Of a stretch of 39,001 bases of DNA, positions 25,900 through 33,399 are shown piece by piece (position 1 is the first letter of the stretch; each line of letters starts with the position of its first letter). Position numbers and translations under genes: made by a program. Source of the stretch: Luteimonas sp. (lineage in GTDB: Bacteria; Pseudomonadota; Gammaproteobacteria; Xanthomonadales; Xanthomonadaceae). The stretch is from NCBI GenBank assembly GCA_037720875.1, contig JBBJNO010000001.1:7912-46912 (forward strand), read 5' to 3'. Below the pieces are notes generated by a model. The model saw only the letters and a list, made by a program, of their open reading frames with translations. It did not search any database and had not been told where the DNA came from.

Positions 25900-26531
25900 C
25901 CAACGCTCCTAGCGACAAGTTTGTCAGCACGATCGACGAGTACTATTCCGACAAGATCCGTACCTATGGCGCGACGCCACAGGGAGTTGACTGGAACGGC
26001 GAAGCGAGTCAGAGACTGCGTTACGAGCAGATCGCTCGGGTACTGCCCGCCTCCACCTTCAGTGTCTGCGACCTTGGCTGCGGCTATGGCGCATTTTATG
26101 ACTACCTAGTAGAAGAGCGTGCCGATTTCCGCTATCTGGGCGTGGACGTGTCTGCCGAAATGGTTCGCGAGGCCGAACGCCTCCACCAGAAGGACAATTG
26201 CCGCTTCATCCGTGCGGACCGGCCGGATTCAAATGTCGACTTCGTGGTAGCCAGCGGCATCTTCAATGTCCGCCCGGGCATCAGCGATGCCGAGTGGCGG
26301 CCGTTCGTGTTCGAGGGCATCGATCGCATGAATGCCATGAGCACGCGCGGATTCGCTTTCAATTGCCTGACGTCGCACTCGGATTCTGAGCGGATGCGCG
26401 ACTACCTTTTCTACGCCGACCCGTCCGAGATGCTGGTGCGCTGCCTAGGCCTCAGCCGACGCGTCGCCCTCCTGCACGACTATGGCCTGTACGAGTTCAC
26501 CGTCATCGTGCACAAGGAAACCAAGGTATGA
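25896..26531 (+). CDS. Class I SAM-dependent methyltransferase
   Basis: The GTG start overlaps the GT2 stop (GTGA), with GGAGG 9 nt upstream. Motif I is VCDLGCGYGAF. Confidence 0.8.
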   Translation: MTNAPSDKFVSTIDEYYSDKIRTYGATPQGVDWNGEASQRLRYEQIARVLPASTFSVCDLGCGYGAFYDYLVEERADFRYLGVDVSAEMVREAERLHQKDNCRFIRADRPDSNVDFVVASGIFNVRPGISDAEWRPFVFEGIDRMNAMSTRGFAFNCLTSHSDSERMRDYLFYADPSEMLVRCLGLSRRVALLHDYGLYEFTVIVHKETKV

Positions 26532-27172
26532 CCAAGCCACTGATAATTTTCGGGTCAGGCGACATTGCCCAGCTGGCGCATTTCTACTTCACGCATGACA
26601 GCGATCGCAAAGTGATCGCATTCACGGTCGACGAAGCCTATCGAAACGCGGAGGAGTTCGACGGCTTGCCGCTAGTGGCGTTCGAGGACGTGGAAAGCCG
26701 CTTTCCGTCTGACCAGTTCGACATGTTCGTTGCGCTCAGCTACGCCAAGCGTAATTCGATCCGGGCAGAGAAATGCCTGTCTGCGCAAGGCAAGGGCTAC
26801 AACCTGGCCAGTTATATCAGCTCGCGTGCGACGGTATTCCCCGGAACTCGTTTTGGGGACAACTGTTTTATCCTCGAGGACAACACCATCCAGCCGTTCG
26901 TACAGATCGGCAGCAACGTGACGCTGTGGAGCGGAAACCACATCGGCCACCACAGCATTGTGGACGACAACACGTTCATCACCTCGCACGTCGTGATCTC
27001 CGGCGGCGTCCACGTAGGCAAGAATTGCTTCATCGGGGTCAACACCACTGTGCGGGATCACGTCACCATCGGTGACCGCTGCCTGATCGGTGCGGGCTCG
27101 CTGATCCTGCATTCCACCGAACCGGCCTCGGTCTACGTGGCAGCCGACACCCCTATTTCCGTCAAGCCCTGA
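26528..27172 (+). CDS. Sugar N-/O-acetyltransferase, NeuD/PglD-type (Rossmann-like N-domain plus left-handed beta-helix)
   Basis: It overlaps the upstream gene with ATGA. The N-terminus is LIIFGSGDIAQLA. It has C-terminal hexapeptide repeats (IGSNVTLWSGNHIGHHSIVDDNTFITSHVVISGGVHVGKNCFIGVNTTV). Confidence 0.85.
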   Translation: MTKPLIIFGSGDIAQLAHFYFTHDSDRKVIAFTVDEAYRNAEEFDGLPLVAFEDVESRFPSDQFDMFVALSYAKRNSIRAEKCLSAQGKGYNLASYISSRATVFPGTRFGDNCFILEDNTIQPFVQIGSNVTLWSGNHIGHHSIVDDNTFITSHVVISGGVHVGKNCFIGVNTTVRDHVTIGDRCLIGAGSLILHSTEPASVYVAADTPISVKP

Positions 27173-27181
27173 TCCCACCGC

Positions 27182-28138
27182 ATGGCGCTCATGCACTGGA
27201 AAAAGCTCGGGCACCTGTTCGCTCCAGACGGGAGCATCCATTGGATGCGCACGCATGCCGCGAACCCATTCGGGATCTGGATCGGCCCGGGTTTGCTGAA
27301 GGTCTTTTTCACCTCGCGCGATGAGCATCAGCGCTCGCATATCGCCAGCGTCATCGTGAACGTGGCCAAGGATTTTGAGCTGGGCAAGCCGGACAGCGAG
27401 CCGGTGCTGGCACCGGGACCACCGGGCGCATTCGACGACAGCGGCTGTGCCGTGGGTTGCGTGTTGCCGGTCGGCGACAGCGTGCGCCTTTACTATCTCG
27501 GATGGAATCTCAAGGTCACTGTTCCTTGGCTCAACAGCATCGGCTTGGCGATCCAGGGGATGGGCGGCGGTGCGTTCGAGCGCTATTCTCCGGCCCCGCT
27601 GATGGACCGCAGTCGTGAAGACCCTTTCAGCATTTCCTATCCAAGCGTCCTGCACGAAAATGGTCGATGGCGCATGTGGTATGGCTCCAACCTCCAGTGG
27701 GGTGAGCGAGCGGAGGACATGCAACATGTGATCAAGTACGCAGAGTCGCGGGACGGTCTGGAGTGGTCGCGCAGCGGGACAATTGCGGTGAACTTGGTCC
27801 ACCGGAACGAGTTTGCACTCTCGAAACCGTTCGTCGTCCGCGATTTGGATCGCTACCGCATGTGGTACTCGTATCGTGGTCGCGGCGACATCAGCAGCTA
27901 TCGCATCGGCTATGCGGAATCGATGGACGGCGTGGCGTGGACGCGGATGGACGCGAACGCCGGCATTGACGTCTCGGAGCACGGCTGGGACAGCGAAATG
28001 GTTTGCTACCCGTTTGTGTTCGACCATGCCGGCAGACGCTACATGCTCTACAACGGGAATGGATACGGCAGGACCGGATTCGGGGTCGCCGTGCTCGAGG
28101 AGTCGAACCCAAGCATGACCAACAAAGTGAGAACATAA
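27182..28138 (+). CDS. Five-bladed beta-propeller (GH43/32/68-clan-like) protein of unknown role
   Basis: It has repeated blade-like W/Y-rich segments (RLYYLGWN, GRWRMWYGSN, YRMWYSYRG, RYMLYNGNG) and DG..W motifs (RDGLEWSR, MDGVAWTR). The fold assignment comes from pattern recall and is not verified. Confidence 0.5.
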   Translation: MALMHWKKLGHLFAPDGSIHWMRTHAANPFGIWIGPGLLKVFFTSRDEHQRSHIASVIVNVAKDFELGKPDSEPVLAPGPPGAFDDSGCAVGCVLPVGDSVRLYYLGWNLKVTVPWLNSIGLAIQGMGGGAFERYSPAPLMDRSREDPFSISYPSVLHENGRWRMWYGSNLQWGERAEDMQHVIKYAESRDGLEWSRSGTIAVNLVHRNEFALSKPFVVRDLDRYRMWYSYRGRGDISSYRIGYAESMDGVAWTRMDANAGIDVSEHGWDSEMVCYPFVFDHAGRRYMLYNGNGYGRTGFGVAVLEESNPSMTNKVRT

Positions 28139-28139
28139 G

Positions 28140-28514
28140 ATGCGTAGCTGGGTAGCCTACTGCTTGGTGGCATCGACCGTCCTACTGACGGTAAGCGGCC
28201 AGTTCATCGTGAAATGGCAAGTGCTCCGCGCGGGAAGCGTTCCTACCGGATTGCAGCAGCAATTGAGGTTTATTGTCCAACTCCTTCTAGACCCTTGGGT
28301 GCTGTCCGCGTTCGCCGCCGCCTTCCTGGCGTCCATCACGTGGATGCTTGCCATGACCAAGCTCCAGCTCAGCCATGCCTATCCAATGACTGCGCTGACT
28401 TTCGTTCTGGTCGTACTGGGCAGTGCATTCGTCTTTCACGAGCAGCTCACCCCACTCAAGCTCGTGGGACTTGCCCTTATCGTGGCGGGTATCGTTGTCG
28501 GGAGCCAAGGATGA
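28140..28514 (+). CDS. SMR/EamA-like four-helix membrane protein (ArnE/ArnF-like undecaprenyl-phosphate-aminosugar flippase subunit candidate)
   Basis: It is 124 aa with 4 TM helices. The segment LQLSHAYPMTALTFVLVVLGSAFVFHEQLTPLKLVGLALIVAGIVV matches the ArnE/ArnF pattern. The ATG lies 1 nt after the upstream stop. Confidence 0.7.
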   Translation: MRSWVAYCLVASTVLLTVSGQFIVKWQVLRAGSVPTGLQQQLRFIVQLLLDPWVLSAFAAAFLASITWMLAMTKLQLSHAYPMTALTFVLVVLGSAFVFHEQLTPLKLVGLALIVAGIVVGSQG

Positions 28515-29386
28515 GACTGTGCCTCCAGTGCGCGCAGCCCTATGTCAGCAACGCCCCAACCTGCACTCATTGCAACCATTCCGAGAAGGTGGTTGATGGC
28601 GTACCCCGTTATGCACCTGAGATGGCGCTGAGCGGCGTTGGCTTCCGGCCCGAGTACTTCGATGAGCTCGCTGAGCTCGAGGCCAGGAATTTCTGGTTCC
28701 GCGGCCGCAATAACCTCGTCATCGACACGATCCGCCGGTTCTTTCCGGCGCCGCGCAACTTCCTCGAAGTCGGCTGTGGTACCGGCTTCGTACTATCGGG
28801 TATCGCCCGTGCATTCCCGCGCACGCAGTTGAGCGGAAGTGAGTTGTTTTTGGAAGGCCTGGTGCATGCGGCCCAGCGTCTACCCGAGGCGCACCTGATG
28901 CAGATGGACGCGCGCCGGATTCCCTATACCGCCGAGTTCGACCTGGTTGGCGCATTCGATGTCATCGAGCACATCGAGGACGACGATATCGTGCTGTTGG
29001 CCATCAACGAGGCATTGGTGCCAGGAGGTGGCGTCGTACTCACCGTTCCGCAGCACCCGTGGTTGTGGAGCCATTCGGACGACTATGCGTGCCACGTCCG
29101 CCGATATAGACGCGGCGAGCTCGAGGAAAAGCTGGCGCGCGCCGACTTCAACGTGGTGTACAGCACGTCGTTTGTCACCCTGCTCTTTCCGCTTCTGGCG
29201 CTGTCCCGTCTGTCTTCCCGCCAAGCCGCCGGTCCCAATCACGATCCCAGCGCCGAGCTGAAGCTCGGGAGGATCACCAATGCCATCCTGTACGCGGTAG
29301 TGCAGGTGGAGCGGCAGTTGATTCGGCTTGGAGTCCGTTTCCCGTTCGGCGGTACCCGCCTCGTTTTCGCAGTGAAGAATCCATGA
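28511..29386 (+). CDS. Class I SAM-dependent methyltransferase with an N-terminal Cys4 zinc-ribbon
   Basis: ORF 28214..29386 trimmed to ATG 28511 (ATGA overlap). It has CLQC...CTHC at residues 4-24. Motif I is FLEVGCGTGFV, followed by FDVIEHIEDD. Confidence 0.8.
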   Translation: MRLCLQCAQPYVSNAPTCTHCNHSEKVVDGVPRYAPEMALSGVGFRPEYFDELAELEARNFWFRGRNNLVIDTIRRFFPAPRNFLEVGCGTGFVLSGIARAFPRTQLSGSELFLEGLVHAAQRLPEAHLMQMDARRIPYTAEFDLVGAFDVIEHIEDDDIVLLAINEALVPGGGVVLTVPQHPWLWSHSDDYACHVRRYRRGELEEKLARADFNVVYSTSFVTLLFPLLALSRLSSRQAAGPNHDPSAELKLGRITNAILYAVVQVERQLIRLGVRFPFGGTRLVFAVKNP

Positions 29387-30513
29387 GAATCCCCTTTAAC
29401 AAGCCCTACATGACCGGCCAGGAACTGGCTTATATCGCCCAGGCCCATTCCAACGCACATCTGTCCGGCGACGGCCCCTTCACCAAGGACTGCAATGCCT
29501 GGCTTGAGAACGCCACGGGCTGCCGCAAGGCGCTGCTAACCCACTCGTGCACGGCGGCCCTCGAGATGTCGGCGATACTGCTGGACCTCCAGCCTGGCGA
29601 CGAAGTCATCATGCCTTCGTTTACGTTCGTTTCTACAGCGAACGCCTTCGTTCTGCGCGGCGCGGTTCCAGTCTTTGTCGACATCCGTCCCGACACGCTA
29701 AACATCGATGAGCGACTCATTGAGGCAGCGATCACCTTGCGCACGCGCGCCATCTGCGTCGTTCATTACGCGGGCGTTTCGTGCGAGATGGATGCTATCT
29801 GCGCGATTGCTCGCAAGCACGGCCTTGCCGTCGTCGAGGACGCGGCGCAGGGAATGTTTTCCACTTACACAGGCCGTCCGCTGGGAAGCTTCGGCGAGTT
29901 GGGCGCGCTGAGCTTCCACGAAACCAAGAACGTCATCTCCGGCGAGGGCGGCGCCCTTCTCATTAACCACCCAGGGATGCTCGAGCGTGCCGAGATCATC
30001 CGCGAGAAAGGAACCAACCGCAGCAAGTTTTTGCGTGGTCAGGTCGACAAATACACCTGGGTGGACATCGGTTCGTCGTTTCTGCCCGGCGAAATCATCG
30101 CCGCATTCCTGAAAGCCCAGCTCGAGCAGGCTCAGGTGATCACGGAGCGGCGGATGGCGATCTGGGACCGCTACCACGATTGGGCCAAAGTGCACGAGGA
30201 CGCCGGGCGGGCGCGGCGCCCCATCATTCCCGCACACTGCCAGCACAACGCGCACATGTACTACCTCCTGATGCCGGACCTTGCGGCTCGGACGAGGTTC
30301 ATCAACGCGCTCAAGGTCCGGGGAATCGGGGCGGTGTTCCACTACATCCCCCTGCATAGCGCTCCGGCAGGCCAGCGCTACGGACGCACGTCCGGCCAGC
30401 TCCCGGTCACCGATGCGACAAGCGAACACTTGGTGCGGCTGCCGCTTTGGGCCGGCATGGAGGTCCACCTGGACGAAGTGCTTGAGGCCGCCGACACTGC
30501 GTTGAGTGCCTGA
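29383..30513 (+). CDS. wecE: DegT/DnrJ/EryC1-family PLP aminotransferase, closest to dTDP-4-amino-4,6-dideoxygalactose transaminase (WecE/RffA)
   Basis: It overlaps the upstream gene with ATGA. It has long colinear matches to E. coli WecE as I recall it: IPFNKP, CTAALEMSAILLDLQPGDEVIMPSFTFVSTANAFVLRGAVPVFVDIRPDTLNIDE, VVEDAAQG, SFHETKN, ERAEIIREKGTNRSKFLRGQVDKYTWVDIGSS and VFHYIPLHSAPAG. Confidence 0.85.
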   Translation: MRIPFNKPYMTGQELAYIAQAHSNAHLSGDGPFTKDCNAWLENATGCRKALLTHSCTAALEMSAILLDLQPGDEVIMPSFTFVSTANAFVLRGAVPVFVDIRPDTLNIDERLIEAAITLRTRAICVVHYAGVSCEMDAICAIARKHGLAVVEDAAQGMFSTYTGRPLGSFGELGALSFHETKNVISGEGGALLINHPGMLERAEIIREKGTNRSKFLRGQVDKYTWVDIGSSFLPGEIIAAFLKAQLEQAQVITERRMAIWDRYHDWAKVHEDAGRARRPIIPAHCQHNAHMYYLLMPDLAARTRFINALKVRGIGAVFHYIPLHSAPAGQRYGRTSGQLPVTDATSEHLVRLPLWAGMEVHLDEVLEAADTALSA

Positions 30514-30531
30514 CGGCCCGCGGACGAGTTC

Positions 30532-30906
30532 CAGGTCGGATAACGGTGCAGTGCTGGTCGTTCCGGGCTCGTACCAGCATTCAGATGCCCCGATGACGAA
30601 TACATGCAGGCTTCGGCGATACCGGCCGAGTGCCCGGCAGGTTCACTGGTCGTTTTCGATAGCACACTGTGGCATGCCGCCGGCGCGAACTTTTCTGGAC
30701 TGGGCCGCTACGCGATCAATCTCCAGTTCACCTGCTCTTGGATTAATTAAGCAGCAAATCAACTATATGCGGCAATTGACGCTAGTGCACTAGATTATTC
30801 CCTGAGCGTTCTCGTCAGTTACTTGGCATGCACGCGGCTTGTCACCAGTTTGGATGAGTATTATCGACCGCCGCAGGAAGGACTATACCGCTCTGGCCGA
30901 GGCTAA
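30532..30906 (+). pseudogene. 5'-truncated, frameshifted relic of a phytanoyl-CoA dioxygenase (PhyH) family gene
   Basis: PhyH-like peptides are scattered over different frames. I found [13 protein letters not shown] (frame of ORF 30506), [53 protein letters not shown] then TAA (30748-30750), IKQQINY, SRQLLGM and SLDEYY. The N-terminal half of the protein is absent, because the wecE-like gene ends at 30513. Confidence 0.6.
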
Positions 30907-30951
30907 AGCACTGTAAATGCCGCTACACTCAAAGAATCCAGCACAGCACCT

Positions 30952-33261
30952 TCATCGCCCACGATGATCTTCGGTCCCTTGCCTCAGCGGTAAGGCCGGG
31001 CCACCCTGCGGCCTTGTGCGACGAGTTACGGAAATATCTGAGATTGAGAAGGCCAACATACGCGGATCACCAGTGCCGGGTGAGCATGCTGATTCAGTGG
31101 TGGTAATCGGAAGTGTCGACGTTCCAGACGAAAGGACCGTATCCAACGTCACCGTCGTCGACTGTCCGGCCTGAAGCACGGCATTCTTGCTGGATGTTCC
31201 GGCCCCCACGGTCACGCGCCGCGGACATAACGTCGCCACCTTCATTGAAATGCGGACCGGCGCGGATATTCCGTCCCGGCTGGTCAAGCTGAGTGAGGCG
31301 TTGCCCTTGCTCCAGCTCCATTTGTGTGCTGTATCAGCGCCCTCCCAACCAAAAAACCCCTCACCCAGCTCTATCCCGTATTCACCAAGGCGTGGAATGT
31401 CCGGGTAGTAGCTAAACACCAAGTTGTCCACGTCGATCTTCCAATCGGCCCGTACAGTGACCGATGGAAAATCGTCGTCCTGCTGGCTCATGTCGATCGC
31501 GGCGGCGAAAAAACTGTCGGCAGCATTGGCAATCGGGACGCCCTCCACCAATACATTTGGTTCGATAGACTCGCCGTCGGACAACGTGCCAACCAAATTC
31601 ACCTTGCGGTTTCTTCCGTAGCTATACACCACGACAACATTGCTTCTTACGCCCGAGCCGTTCGAGATGTCCACCTGATCTTTGATGGGCGCGTAGATAA
31701 GGAACTGGTTGTCGGTGTGTGGCTCCTGTAGATACTTCATGTAAACGACGCTTCCAGTCGGTGCCGCGCGAGCTTGAGCGGCGTCGGACGTCACCAATAC
31801 CTTCTTGCCGGATCTTCTACTGAAGTACTCCGACCAATAGGCAGGGTGAATCGCCACTATGCCCCTCGCGCTGAAAAGACTAGGGGCCAGAATCGTCGAA
31901 TTATTGGGAAGCGCTCGGAATTCCTTGGTAAGCAGAAAATTGTCCACTACTTTCCACTTTATGTTGGACAGGCGCTCGTCCTGAGTGACGTAGTAGTTGT
32001 TGAAGTCAGTAACCAAACTGATCGCAGCGGTCAGTGCCGCCACTACAAATATCAGCACCCTCTTGGCCCCTATCCGTGCCTGCAGGTGTCCGAGCAGCCA
32101 AGTAATAAACAGCGCAAGAAAGAAAATAATCGCGATGTACGAGTAGTAGGTGTGGACGAAGGATGTGCTGCCGCCTTCCACCCAGCCGCGGTATTTTTCG
32201 GTGAGCGAAAGCAAGACATTGGGCAGGAATACGCAAACAAGCGAAATTACTAATCCCCATCGCAGGAATGTCGGCCGCGGCCGTAGCGCCAGTTGGCAAA
32301 GGATGAGCCCAACGGCATACGCCGTAATCGCGGATTTGACGATCCACTCCACCCGGAGCTCAGATGCCAAAGTACTTAGGTCATACTGCGAGAGCCCATA
32401 GCTTGTCATCAGGTTCCCATGCTGACGAGCCACCAAGGCCTCGAATCCCGGGAATGCGGACATCGAGTACGTCCAGACAACGTTGATCATTCTGGACAGC
32501 CCGCTCGCACTTGGAATATTCCCTTCGTATTGCGAGGGGAACGCCAGTCGCCAGGCCACATAGAGGAAGAGGTACGCGAACAGCGCCGCGGCAACCGGCA
32601 GGACTTTCTTCGCGGCAGTTGCCAGCCCCCGAAAGCGTCCACCAGCAACGCCATTTCGCGCACGCTCATGGACGGCAGCAATGACGACGAATACGGGGAA
32701 AAACAGAACGAAGTGCTCACCGGATAGGGAGAGGAAATAGAGAGCGGCGGCCAAAAGGCCGTAAAGGCCGCCTTTCTCCAAGTACTTGATGAAACTAGCG
32801 ACCGAACCTAGAAATGCAATCGCGAGCATGTTGATCAATAATGGATACGATGTCAGAGCGTTGTGATTCCAATTATTCTGTACAAACGCCAAAAAGAGGA
32901 CTACTGCCAGCGCCCCCAAGGGCGTTGACCTGTAAATACCACGCAAGAATACAAACACCATCAGCAATAGCAGGGCAGGCCCTGCGAACCTGATGGCGTT
33001 GTAATAAATAGGATTGTCAAACAGATACGGGGCAACCAGCAGTGGCGTACCGAAGAAGAACCCGATTCGTCCTTGCTCTTTCGCATAATGCAGTGGACTG
33101 ATCGTGTGCCAGTCCGACGCGATGGCGAGGTCATCGTTCGTCGTGAAGCCTGTAGACAAAAGCGGAAAATACGTTAACAGGAACATCAGCCCAATCATCA
33201 GCAGGATGATTTTATTTTGTGCGGCGGATTCGTTTTGGATGGGAAGTACTGGTGTTTCCAT
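30952..33261 (-). CDS. GT-C-fold membrane glycosyltransferase (ArnT/PMT-like) with a large C-terminal periplasmic domain
   Basis: ORF trimmed to ATG 33261, with AGGA 8 nt upstream. There are roughly 12 hydrophobic segments. The first-loop motif is STGFTTNDDLAIASDW (a DD motif). A C-terminal stretch of about 330 aa is soluble. The gene has markedly low GC. Confidence 0.7.
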   Translation of the reverse strand: METPVLPIQNESAAQNKIILLMIGLMFLLTYFPLLSTGFTTNDDLAIASDWHTISPLHYAKEQGRIGFFFGTPLLVAPYLFDNPIYYNAIRFAGPALLLLMVFVFLRGIYRSTPLGALAVVLFLAFVQNNWNHNALTSYPLLINMLAIAFLGSVASFIKYLEKGGLYGLLAAALYFLSLSGEHFVLFFPVFVVIAAVHERARNGVAGGRFRGLATAAKKVLPVAAALFAYLFLYVAWRLAFPSQYEGNIPSASGLSRMINVVWTYSMSAFPGFEALVARQHGNLMTSYGLSQYDLSTLASELRVEWIVKSAITAYAVGLILCQLALRPRPTFLRWGLVISLVCVFLPNVLLSLTEKYRGWVEGGSTSFVHTYYSYIAIIFFLALFITWLLGHLQARIGAKRVLIFVVAALTAAISLVTDFNNYYVTQDERLSNIKWKVVDNFLLTKEFRALPNNSTILAPSLFSARGIVAIHPAYWSEYFSRRSGKKVLVTSDAAQARAAPTGSVVYMKYLQEPHTDNQFLIYAPIKDQVDISNGSGVRSNVVVVYSYGRNRKVNLVGTLSDGESIEPNVLVEGVPIANAADSFFAAAIDMSQQDDDFPSVTVRADWKIDVDNLVFSYYPDIPRLGEYGIELGEGFFGWEGADTAHKWSWSKGNASLSLTSRDGISAPVRISMKVATLCPRRVTVGAGTSSKNAVLQAGQSTTVTLDTVLSSGTSTLPITTTESACSPGTGDPRMLAFSISDISVTRRTRPQGGPALPLRQGTEDHRGR

Positions 33262-33399
33262 ATATGTCCTAGATGCGTACAAAGCCGTCAGTTCTCAGGC
33301 ATCGCTGCAGTCGCCTCGAAAGATTACCGAGCTTGGCGGATCTCCCTTTCGAACGACGCTGGGCGAGCTCGCCATGCTGGTTACGTCGTCCACCCGGCG

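Noticed and set aside
30506-30793. The 95-aa plus-strand ORF after the aminotransferase, considered as a real small gene.
   Set aside because: It is one frame of the degraded PhyH relic. Its sequence makes sense only in pieces, and the neighbouring frames carry the continuation of the same family motifs.
33283-33399. An inverted repeat TCGAAAG...CTTTCGA and a 10-bp palindrome GCGAGCTCGC in the spacer between the methyltransferase and GT-C3.
   Set aside because: The first has a short stem with a ~22-nt loop, and the second is a chance-level palindrome. Neither supports a terminator or operator.
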